From Spirochaetales bacterium (GTDB taxonomy: Bacteria > Spirochaetota > Spirochaetia > SZUA-6 > RPPD01), in contig JAFGGG010000003.1 of NCBI GenBank assembly GCA_016930675.1, forward strand, positions 2,879 to 66,878: DNA of 64,000 nucleotides, in the 5' to 3' direction. Below are positions 1 to 8,505 of the stretch, one piece after another (position 1 is the stretch's first letter; each line of letters opens with the position of its first letter). Below the pieces are notes generated by a model, which made no database searches, was not told where the DNA came from, and saw only the letters and a list, made by a program, of their open reading frames with translations. The position numbers were made by a program, and so were the translations under genes.

Positions 1-2
1 AA

Positions 3-509
3 TTCTACAATATCATTCAGACACCTTCATTCCTTAAGCGCTTGTTTCTTTTCTTCATAAGCCTTTTTTCAATCAAACGACCTTCCTTCTCGTATAAGGA
101 CATGCTTTTCCGCTATTCCAATCCTGAAGGTAAAATCGAAATTAAACAGGCGTCACTTTTACAGCTTATAAAAAGAATAAGCAGCTTTCATCAGTTTCTG
201 GCAAAGTCCAGGGAACAGTTAAGCTATTTTACTTCCTTGAAGGGAATCGACACCCAGGGTTTCAAAGATATTGAAAAAGTAGTCGATACGTGTTTTTTTG
301 AGTTGAATGATATTCATGAACAGAGCACCGGTTTTCGGGAATGGCTGGGAAAAGAGCACAACAAAAAGATCTTAAAAAAAATACCTGAAAAAAGGCAGTA
401 TGAATTTTCCAGCCTGATCCTTACCATTAACCGTATTGTCATTGTGAATAAATATAATCTCATGGATTTTGAAAAATATAAAATCCTCACCACCGAGCAG
501 CCGCAATAA
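3..509 (+). CDS. hypothetical protein, probably the 3' part of a gene that starts left of the window
   Basis: The reading frame is open from the window edge to the stop at 509. No family motif was recognised. It is convergent with nadE. Confidence 0.4.
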   Translation, partial: FYNIIQTPSFLKRLFLFFISLFSIKRPSFSYKDMLFRYSNPEGKIEIKQASLLQLIKRISSFHQFLAKSREQLSYFTSLKGIDTQGFKDIEKVVDTCFFELNDIHEQSTGFREWLGKEHNKKILKKIPEKRQYEFSSLILTINRIVIVNKYNLMDFEKYKILTTEQPQ

Positions 510-609
510 TATACCTCGCGACAATCTATGTGGGTATGTTGTCCGGCAAGAAATCGCGCCTCTCATCCCCGCGGCAAGCTATGGGGGTATTCCAAGGCGC
601 GACCACACA

Positions 610-2250
610 TCAGGCTTCGAAGATGCTTCTGGCTATCGGTATGCGTCTGCCGGTACCGAAAGCCCGCGGCGACACCTTTAAAACCGGCGGTGCCTGTCTT
701 CTTTTATATTCAGCACGTGCAACCATGCCCAAGACCTGCTTTACGAAATCCTTCTCAAAACCCATCTCAATCAGCTGTTGTTTTGTTTTATGCTGTAAAA
801 TATATGCGTAGAGGATTTTATCCAGCAGATCATAAGGGGGAAGCGTATCCTGATCCGTCTGAGCGGGCCGGAGCTCGGCTGAAGGCGCTTTGCTCAGAAT
901 TGATTCCGGAATGATTCTTTGCTTCGTATTGATGGCCCGGGCCAGTTCGTACACTTCCGTCTTAAACAGATCACCGATAACCGCCAAAGCGCCGCTCATA
1001 TCACCGTAGAGAGTGCAGTAACCGGTAGCCAGTTCGGACTTGTTTCCGGTGGCGAGCAGAAGCGAATTGAACTTATTGGCGTACGCCATAAGCAAAGTAC
1101 TTCTTATTCTGGCCTGCAGATTTTCTTCCGTAATATCCGCCTTTTTATTTTTAAATACCGCATCAAGACTTTTTAGGTAATGCGGAAAGATATCCTCGAT
1201 GGAAATGACCTCCAGATCAACTCCTACGTTTTTACAAAGCTGCTGCGCGTCAATAAGACTTGCCTCGGAAGAGTAGCGCGACGGCATGGCAAAGGCCTTA
1301 ACATGTTTACTGCCCAGGGCACGAACAGCAAGAACTGTTACCAGTGCGGAATCAATACCTCCGGATAAACCCAAATGCACATGTTCAAATCCGCATTTAC
1401 GCAGATAATCTCGGATTCCCAATATGAGAGCCTGTTCAATCTCGGCATATTTGTCAGAATACGGTCGAATTCGAGATGATTTCTTTTCAGTATCGATAAC
1501 GGCAAAATCCTCTTTAAAGCCTTTGGCTCTGAAACTCAACGAACCGTCCTTTGCCACATACATCGATTGGCCATCGAATATAAGGCTGTCATTCGCTCCG
1601 ACCATATTTACATAGATAACGGGAATATGAGATTTTTTACTGATATCCGAAATTAAAGAAAACCTAAGCTCCGGCTTTCCGGAAAAAAAAGGACTGGCGG
1701 ATGGAACCATGAGGATTTCAGCGCCTTTGTCAAGCAGTTCAATGACCGGATCTACCGCATATTTTTCACCTGAGTGTTTCTCCTGTTCCCACCAGATGTC
1801 TTCACAAATGGTTATACCTATTTTTTTTTGATTAAATTCGATTACATTTCTTTTTTTGGCCGGTTCAAAATATCGCGCTTCATCAAACACATCATACGTA
1901 GGCAGAAGTGTTTTTGCCTGCGAAAAAATAATCTGATTATTATGAATTAATGAGACAGTGTTCACCAATGGTTTGCCGCTGTGGGCACGATTTTGATCGA
2001 TATATCCGATTAGAACAGCGATTTCTTTTGGTGCTTTATGCTGAATAAAACGCACTGCTTTCAAACATTCCTCTACAAAATTGTCTAAATCCAACAGGTC
2101 CATCGGAGGATATCCGCAGACACACATTTCGGGAAAAACTATTATGTCTGCCTGTTCATGTACCGCTTGTTTTATAAAAGTCAATATTTTTTCTGCATTT
2201 TTAGAAAAACCTGTAATAAGAGGATTAATCTGTCCCAGCGCGATACGCAC
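610..2250 (-). CDS. nadE: glutamine-dependent NAD+ synthetase
   Basis: 546 aa. The N-terminal half looks like a CN-hydrolase domain (FPEMCVCGYPPMDLL, ICEDIW). The C-terminal half looks like an NAD synthetase domain (LGLSGGIDSALV, ATGNKSELATGYCTLYGD). Confidence 0.93.
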   Translation of the reverse strand: MRIALGQINPLITGFSKNAEKILTFIKQAVHEQADIIVFPEMCVCGYPPMDLLDLDNFVEECLKAVRFIQHKAPKEIAVLIGYIDQNRAHSGKPLVNTVSLIHNNQIIFSQAKTLLPTYDVFDEARYFEPAKKRNVIEFNQKKIGITICEDIWWEQEKHSGEKYAVDPVIELLDKGAEILMVPSASPFFSGKPELRFSLISDISKKSHIPVIYVNMVGANDSLIFDGQSMYVAKDGSLSFRAKGFKEDFAVIDTEKKSSRIRPYSDKYAEIEQALILGIRDYLRKCGFEHVHLGLSGGIDSALVTVLAVRALGSKHVKAFAMPSRYSSEASLIDAQQLCKNVGVDLEVISIEDIFPHYLKSLDAVFKNKKADITEENLQARIRSTLLMAYANKFNSLLLATGNKSELATGYCTLYGDMSGALAVIGDLFKTEVYELARAINTKQRIIPESILSKAPSAELRPAQTDQDTLPPYDLLDKILYAYILQHKTKQQLIEMGFEKDFVKQVLGMVARAEYKRRQAPPVLKVSPRAFGTGRRIPIARSIFEA

Positions 2251-2442
2251 TCTTTTAACTCTCTTTCTCGTATTTAATAAACTTCATTATAATATTTTTT
2301 TAATTACATATCTATATGCTATGACTTCTAATATTTTACCTTTTAAAAAAAATAATAACAGTAAAGCTCACGGATTCACACGGGTGGAAACGGATTTATA
2401 GTTGACTGGAGCGCCTGTTTAAAGATATTATGTTATGCCATA

Positions 2443-3066
2443 ATGAAGCGATTGTTAATTACCGATATCGACACACCATTAGGATTTGAACTTCTTTCTC
2501 GATTCTTACATCAGGGTAATAAAGTTATTGCTGTCCAGTCCGGTAAGGAGCTGGGATTTAAACTGCCCAAAACAGCAGCAAAACCGCTTGAAATAATTTA
2601 TTGGAAAAAAACTTCCTCTCTTTCCACTCGAAATCTCATCATTAAATGTAAAAGCATCTGTAATTCTTTAGACGGCGCGCTTTTACTAAATCTCCTTCCC
2701 GAAACAGATGATAGTATGGAAAAGCTGTCGATATCCGCAATCGAGCAGATAGTTGACCGGTGGATAAAGGGTTCGCTCTTCTTTATTAAAGATTTCATTG
2801 ATTATTTCAAAAAGTTGAACAGGGGTATGCTTTCTGTTATTACCTGTTATACAGAAAAAAACAAAAACAAAGCCGAGTTAGTCTCAAGTTTATATGTGTA
2901 CTTTGAAAGTTTACTCGAAACACTTATTAAGGAATATAAACAACAAGAGATCAACATCCATGGTTTTTTTACAAAACAACTGAAAATAGAAACCTGCTCA
3001 GAATATCTGGTAAAAAATATTACAGAAAAATGTTACAAATCCGGCGGAAGGTTGTTTCATTTTTAG
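2443..3066 (+). CDS. Rossmann/SDR-like protein with a degenerate glycine motif
   Basis: The N-terminus MKRLLITDIDTPLGFELLSRFLHQGNKVIAV resembles an SDR nucleotide-binding start, but the TGxxxGxG motif is not intact. Confidence 0.45.
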   Translation: MKRLLITDIDTPLGFELLSRFLHQGNKVIAVQSGKELGFKLPKTAAKPLEIIYWKKTSSLSTRNLIIKCKSICNSLDGALLLNLLPETDDSMEKLSISAIEQIVDRWIKGSLFFIKDFIDYFKKLNRGMLSVITCYTEKNKNKAELVSSLYVYFESLLETLIKEYKQQEINIHGFFTKQLKIETCSEYLVKNITEKCYKSGGRLFHF

Positions 3067-3804
3067 ATGATGAAAAGCACTTGCATAATCAACAGATATA
3101 CATATTTATTACTTTGTGTAATGCTGCTTTTTGCTTTTTTATGCTGTTCCTGCGTTGTACAAGAACACATAACCATAAATCCAAATGGCTCGGGCAGTCT
3201 TGAACTGGTAATTGATCTTGATCCTGCTCTCATTCAATACATAGTTGATATCGGAGAAGCGAGCGGTGAATTTGAATCCGCTGACGACGCAGTAATTTTT
3301 GATAAAACTGAAATTCGCAAAGAACTCTTATCCAGACCGGGTATAGCTGTTAACAAACTACAGGTCTCCAGTATCGGCAGGTTGGAACTGGGAATCAGCT
3401 TTCAAAATATTAAACAGATTTTTGCTGCGGATAAAGTCCTGGCACAAACAGAAATTGTCAAATTTGTTCAGGGCAATACTAAAATTCTTTCCTTCCATTT
3501 GGACAAACATAATTTTTCTCAAATTCTTACACTTTTTCCCCTTTTTCAAACAAAAGAGTTCAAGACATTGCTTCCCCAGGAAGGAGAATCTAAAGAGGAT
3601 TATTTTGACATGCTTGATTTTGCCCTTGACGACGGAGCTGCGCTGTTAAAAAATACAACCGTAAAATTTACAGTTACCGTAAACGGCAGAATTATCAAAC
3701 AAAGCGGTGGTGTTAAACAGAATAACACCGTTTATTATTCACTTGCCTTGGAACGCATACTCTTTTTATCCAGTCCGACAGATTACTCTATTCACTTTCA
3801 ATAA
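3067..3804 (+). CDS. putative lipoprotein, function unknown
   Basis: It has a hydrophobic signal sequence followed by Cys residues (LLFAFLCCSCVV). Its start directly abuts the upstream stop. Confidence 0.55.
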   Translation: MMKSTCIINRYTYLLLCVMLLFAFLCCSCVVQEHITINPNGSGSLELVIDLDPALIQYIVDIGEASGEFESADDAVIFDKTEIRKELLSRPGIAVNKLQVSSIGRLELGISFQNIKQIFAADKVLAQTEIVKFVQGNTKILSFHLDKHNFSQILTLFPLFQTKEFKTLLPQEGESKEDYFDMLDFALDDGAALLKNTTVKFTVTVNGRIIKQSGGVKQNNTVYYSLALERILFLSSPTDYSIHFQ

Positions 3805-3808
3805 CAAA

Positions 3809-3882
<74 letters not shown>

Positions 3883-3924
3883 TAAAGCGTTTGTTATTGT
3901 ATAGCGGCCTTTAAACCTTGTCAA

Positions 3925-5349
3925 TTAAATATCATAATATAAGGCAAACTCCCACGGATGCGGTCGTAAATCCAGTGCCTGAACCTCATGTATCATTTTA
4001 TACTCAATCCATGTTTCAATAACATCACTGGTAAATACATCGCCCTTGAGTAAGAACTCATGATCCTTTTCCAGTGCTTCAAGTGCTTCGCGTAATGAGC
4101 CCGGAGTCTGCGCAACAGAAGCCAGTTCTTCGGGCGGCAGATCATAAATATCCTTATCCAAAGGATCGCCCGGATCTAGTTTGTTCTGAATCCCGTCTAT
4201 TGCCGCCATGACCATGGCCGAAAAAGCAAGATACGGATTACAACTGGGATCAGGGCATCTGAATTCAAATCGTTTTGCCTTCTCCGAAGTTGAATACATA
4301 GGAATACGTACCCCCGCGCTTCTGTTTCTGCTTGAATAAGCCAGATTAACGGGTGCCTCAAAACCGGGAACCAGGCGCTTATAACTATTGGTAGTGGGAT
4401 TGGAAAAAGCGAGAATTGCAGGCGCATGTTTTAGAATACCGCCGATTGCATACATCGCTGTTTCCGACATACCCGCATAACCGTCACCGGCAAAGAGGTT
4501 TTTATTTTCTTTCCAGAAGGACATATGCACATGCATGCCGCTTCCATTGTCATTAAAAAGCGGTTTTGGCATAAAGGTAACGGTCTTATTATGCTTCTTG
4601 GCCACATTCTTGATAATATACTTGTACTTTAACAAATTATCCGCCATGGCAACCAAAGGCGCGAACCGCATATCAATTTCCGCCTGACCTCCCGTAGCAA
4701 CCTCATGGTGCTGACATTCGATCGGAACACCTATCCTTTCCAAAGTAAGCATCATTTCAGAACGTATATCCTGCTGACTGTCTGTCGGAGGTACGGGAAA
4801 ATAACCTTCTTTATACCGCGGTTTATACCCTAAATTCGGAGCTTCACAGCGTCCGCTGTTCCAGCGTCCTTCAATAGAATCGATATGGTAATATCCTTCA
4901 TGTTCATTCTGATCAAAACGGATTTCATCAAAAATAAAGAATTCCGCTTCCGGTCCGAAGTAAGCGGTATCGGCAAGAGCGGTTTCTTTGAGATAATTCT
5001 CCGCTTTCCTGGCGATATTCCTCGGATCTCTTGAATAATCCTTACCTGTGACGGGATCGCAAATATTACAGATAAGCACTAATGTTTTTGCTTCAAAAAA
5101 GGGATCAATAAAAGCAGTATCCGGCACCGGTTTAACGAGCATATCGGATTCATTAATGGCCTGCCAACCGCGGATACTTGAACCGTCAAAACCGAGTCCC
5201 TTTTCAAAAGTCTCTTCTTCTATTTCCCGCGCAGGCACGGAAAAATGCTGCCATAAACCGGGAAAATCCATGAAGCGCAGATCAACAACCTCCACTCCTT
5301 CTTTGGTGATTAACTCCAACACATGCTTTGGCGTGTTAACATTACTCAT
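3925..5349 (-). CDS. glnA: glutamine synthetase type I
   Basis: 474 aa with typical GSI blocks ([42 protein letters not shown]). Confidence 0.95.
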   Translation of the reverse strand: MSNVNTPKHVLELITKEGVEVVDLRFMDFPGLWQHFSVPAREIEEETFEKGLGFDGSSIRGWQAINESDMLVKPVPDTAFIDPFFEAKTLVLICNICDPVTGKDYSRDPRNIARKAENYLKETALADTAYFGPEAEFFIFDEIRFDQNEHEGYYHIDSIEGRWNSGRCEAPNLGYKPRYKEGYFPVPPTDSQQDIRSEMMLTLERIGVPIECQHHEVATGGQAEIDMRFAPLVAMADNLLKYKYIIKNVAKKHNKTVTFMPKPLFNDNGSGMHVHMSFWKENKNLFAGDGYAGMSETAMYAIGGILKHAPAILAFSNPTTNSYKRLVPGFEAPVNLAYSSRNRSAGVRIPMYSTSEKAKRFEFRCPDPSCNPYLAFSAMVMAAIDGIQNKLDPGDPLDKDIYDLPPEELASVAQTPGSLREALEALEKDHEFLLKGDVFTSDVIETWIEYKMIHEVQALDLRPHPWEFALYYDI

Positions 5350-5397
5350 AAGTTACTCCTTATAATTAAAGCATTTAAGATTTCTTGATACTATTAT

Positions 5398-5413
5398 TAC
5401 AAGAAGCGTGCCA
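5398..5413 (-). promoter_or_regulatory. candidate sigma-54 (-24/-12) promoter of glnA
   Basis: The minus strand reads TGGCACGCTTCTTGTA, compared with the consensus TGGCAC-N5-TTGCA. The -12 element is TTGT rather than TTGC. It lies about 48 nt upstream of the glnA ATG. Confidence 0.4.
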
Positions 5414-5485
5414 TATTAAGTTATTTCTAAGTTATTGTATTGTAAGAAATTATAATTTTAATCTAACAGCGGCCTGATTAGATTA

Positions 5486-5530
5486 CTACAAAATTGTAGT
5501 TTTATTGAATCATTACCTACAAAAATGTAA
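5486..5530. promoter_or_regulatory. tandem palindromic sites, a candidate enhancer/UAS upstream of glnA
   Basis: CTACAAAATTGTAG (5486-5499) and CTACAAAAATGTAA (5517-5530) each sit in a ~23-nt direct repeat (ATTAC.TACAAAA.TGTA.TTTTA). Their centres are 31 nt apart, 75-120 nt upstream of the candidate -24/-12 element. Confidence 0.35.
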
Positions 5531-5542
5531 TTTTACCGCATA

Positions 5543-6535
5543 TTATAGGTGAGAAAACGGTGTGCCGCCCTTAACTATCATCAAATAGATAAAAAGCTCC
5601 AAAAGCAGGTTATGCAGCTCGGTTTTCATGCTTTTTAACAACACTTCGAATTGCGCAGAAAGCATTATTATGAGTTCAAGCTCATGGATGGTGTATTTAT
5701 CCTTTGCCTCGAGCAGCGCCTTCTGTCTTCTTTTGCTTTTTACCTTAAGCTTCATAAAAATCTCATCCACCCGATAGCCCTCGTCCAACTGACTGCAGAA
5801 GGAAAGCAGGATTCTCATTTGCCAGAGAATACCGTTTATGATGCGCAGAGGATCATCTTCTTTGGAAAGTAATATTTTATGTAATACTTCCATTGCCCCC
5901 GACAGATCCCGCTTTAAAATCTGATCGCTGAGAGTAAAAACGCTTTCTTCTTTACTGTGATAGATGAAATTTTCAATATCACTGTATTTAATAACCGAAT
6001 CCTGGTCAAAAAAAAGGGCAAGCTGTTCGCATTCAGATCTCATATTCTTGGTGTTGTTTTCAACCATCTCTACCATAAAATCAACCGCATCATTTTCCAG
6101 AGTAATCTTATATTTTTTGAAAAAATTAACGATCCAGCCTTTTTTTTGGTTTTCAAACAACTCCCAAAATATTTTTCTGTTCTCATCAGGAATCAGCTTT
6201 TCTAATTGGCCGGGAACGGCCTTCACCTGATCAGAGCAAAGAATCAGCGATGATAAGGCGGAAGGATTCTTACAATAGTCAATTAAAGCATTGACATCAC
6301 TTTTTTTTAGATCATGAATATTCTCAATTATTACAACCTTATGATCTGAAAAAAGCATTCCGTTTCTTAAAAGCGTTATCACATCGATTATATTTATATC
6401 ATAGGGAAAGAATTTAAAAACTTCTGGATTTTTACCCTTTTCTTTTTTTAATCCCTGAATTATCTGATTCAGATACTTATCTTTTTCTCCAACTTCAGGG
6501 CCCAATAGAAGATATACTAATGATGCTTTAATCAT
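5543..6535 (-). CDS. holA: DNA polymerase III delta subunit
   Basis: 330 aa. The N-terminus VYLLLGPEVGEKDKYL and the overall length are typical of HolA. It overlaps lexA by 8 nt. Confidence 0.75.
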   Translation of the reverse strand: MIKASLVYLLLGPEVGEKDKYLNQIIQGLKKEKGKNPEVFKFFPYDINIIDVITLLRNGMLFSDHKVVIIENIHDLKKSDVNALIDYCKNPSALSSLILCSDQVKAVPGQLEKLIPDENRKIFWELFENQKKGWIVNFFKKYKITLENDAVDFMVEMVENNTKNMRSECEQLALFFDQDSVIKYSDIENFIYHSKEESVFTLSDQILKRDLSGAMEVLHKILLSKEDDPLRIINGILWQMRILLSFCSQLDEGYRVDEIFMKLKVKSKRRQKALLEAKDKYTIHELELIIMLSAQFEVLLKSMKTELHNLLLELFIYLMIVKGGTPFSHL

Positions 6536-7133
6536 ACTTCCTGATTAAATAGGACAGTTTGCCCAATATTCTTATATTCTGTGAATAAATCGGTGGATAT
6601 GCTTTATTTTCCGCCTTAAGCATCACCCTGTTCTTTTCTTTAAAGAATCTTTTAAGTGTTACCGCTTCATCAATAACCGCGACTATGATATCTCCGTTAT
6701 CCGCATAATTTTGATAATTAATTACTGCGACATCACCATTCATAATTCCCGCATCCTGCATACTGTCGCCTTTTATGTTTAATGCAAAATGCTTTCCCTT
6801 GCCAATTTCCTGTTCGGGTACTTTCACAACACCATCGAAGTTTTCCTCGGCAAAAAGCGGTTTTCCTGCGGCTACATTTCCCAATACAGGAACCTGGACA
6901 ACCTTACCGTTACTGTTCTCATCATCGAGAATAACTTCGATTGCGCGCGAGCGATTCACATTGCACTTTATATATTTTTTCTTCTCCAAAGCCTTGATAT
7001 GATCATAGCTTCCCTTTACCGAGATCTTAAAATTTTCCGCTACCTCACGAATCGTAGGGGGATATTTATGTGATACGATGTAGGCTTTAATGAATTCTAA
7101 TACTTCGTTTTGCCTAATGGTTAATCCTTTCAT
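6528..7133 (-). CDS. lexA: LexA repressor (S24 peptidase)
   Basis: The N-terminus is a winged-helix LexA DNA-binding domain (LTIRQNEVLEFIKAYIVSHKYPPTIREVA). The C-terminus is an S24 domain with GDSM and a downstream Lys (TLKRF). Confidence 0.9.
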   Translation of the reverse strand: MKGLTIRQNEVLEFIKAYIVSHKYPPTIREVAENFKISVKGSYDHIKALEKKKYIKCNVNRSRAIEVILDDENSNGKVVQVPVLGNVAAGKPLFAEENFDGVVKVPEQEIGKGKHFALNIKGDSMQDAGIMNGDVAVINYQNYADNGDIIVAVIDEAVTLKRFFKEKNRVMLKAENKAYPPIYSQNIRILGKLSYLIRKYD

Positions 7134-8504
7134 TTATGAACACCTCTCAATCTTAATTCCTAACTTTTTTATTTTATTATGTAAATTACTTGGATACAAC
7201 CCCAAAATCTCCGCAGTTTTAGAAATATTGAAACTATTGTCTTTTAATTTATGTACTATGAATTCTTTTTCAAACTGATCCTTGGCTTGATTCAATTTCA
7301 TGTCGGAAAAAGCATGCAGCATTGTGTCCGGTGCCTCGGTCTCAATTGCTCCCAGGTACTGATTTACAGTAGCGGGTAGAATAACCTGTTCCTCTGTCAT
7401 GATATTAATTCTTTCCATAAAATTTTTTAATTCTCTGATATTCCCCGGCCAATGATATGATTTTAAAATGGTCATGGCATCGGAAGATATTTTCTTTGGT
7501 TGCGGATATTTGGGATGCTTATATTTTTTCATAAAATAAGTGATCAACTCTTCTATATCTTCCAATCTTTCACGAAGCGGTGGAACAAAAATAGGGACAA
7601 CATTCAAGCGGAAATACAAATCCTCTCTGAATTTTCCTTTCTTTATCTGCTCTTCAATATTTTTATTGGTAGCGGCAATCAGCCGGACATCGACTGAGAT
7701 TTGTTCTTCACCGCCTATTCTTTCAAAAATAAGCTCTTGAATAACACGCAGTACTTTAGCCTGAGCGTTTAATGATAAATCCGCGACTTCATCTAAAAAT
7801 AAACTGCCCCTATGAGCCAGCTCAAACTTCCCTTTTCTTCTGGAATATGCATTGGTAAACGCGCCCTTTTCATGCCCGAAAAGCTCACTCTCAATCAGGG
7901 TGTCGGGAATGGCAGCGCAATTCACTTCAATAAAGGGACCAAAGGCTCTTTTGCTTTTCATATGAATAGCTCTTGCTACCAATTCTTTTCCGGTTCCATT
8001 CTCCCCCAGAATTAGTATTCTGGCATCAGAATCAGCGCTCTGTTGAATTAAAGCACGAATTTTTTTCATGGCTGTACTGGAACCGATCATCTGATCTTCC
8101 ATAAAAATGGAGTTTTTTAGCGTTCGATTCTCTTTACGCAGACCCTCCAAAGCAAGGGCGTTACGTACAACAGTAATCACTCTTTCCAGGGAAAGGGGTT
8201 TTTCCAGAAAATCAAAAGCCCCCATCTTTACTGCCTTCACGGCGATATCTATATTGGCATGCCCGGAAATAATAATTACTTCAATATCAGCATAGTCTTC
8301 TTTTAACTTTTTCAGTACGTCTATTCCGCCCATATTGGGCAGCCATACATCCAAAATAACCAAATCAACGGGATGTGCCTGCAGCTTTGAAAGCCCCTGA
8401 TACCCGTCTTCGGCTAATACTACGTCATAACCTTCATCTTCCAAAACATCTTTGAGTACGGTGCGAATTCCTTGTTCATCATCAATAATTAAGATTGACG
8501 GCAT
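7134..8504 (-). CDS. sigma-54-dependent response regulator (NtrC/NtrX family)
   Basis: It has a receiver domain (LVILDVWLPNMGG), an AAA+ sigma-54 interaction domain (GENGTGKE, ESELFGHEKGAFT) and a C-terminal HTH. Confidence 0.9.
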   Translation of the reverse strand: MPSILIIDDEQGIRTVLKDVLEDEGYDVVLAEDGYQGLSKLQAHPVDLVILDVWLPNMGGIDVLKKLKEDYADIEVIIISGHANIDIAVKAVKMGAFDFLEKPLSLERVITVVRNALALEGLRKENRTLKNSIFMEDQMIGSSTAMKKIRALIQQSADSDARILILGENGTGKELVARAIHMKSKRAFGPFIEVNCAAIPDTLIESELFGHEKGAFTNAYSRRKGKFELAHRGSLFLDEVADLSLNAQAKVLRVIQELIFERIGGEEQISVDVRLIAATNKNIEEQIKKGKFREDLYFRLNVVPIFVPPLRERLEDIEELITYFMKKYKHPKYPQPKKISSDAMTILKSYHWPGNIRELKNFMERINIMTEEQVILPATVNQYLGAIETEAPDTMLHAFSDMKLNQAKDQFEKEFIVHKLKDNSFNISKTAEILGLYPSNLHNKIKKLGIKIERCS

Positions 8505-8505
8505 G

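Noticed and set aside
528-914. Plus-strand ORFs 469-681, 528-914 and 530-811 at the nadE 3' end.
   Set aside because: They overlap the conserved C-terminal part of nadE on the opposite strand and run through the GC-rich spacer. There are three mutually overlapping frames and none has motifs.
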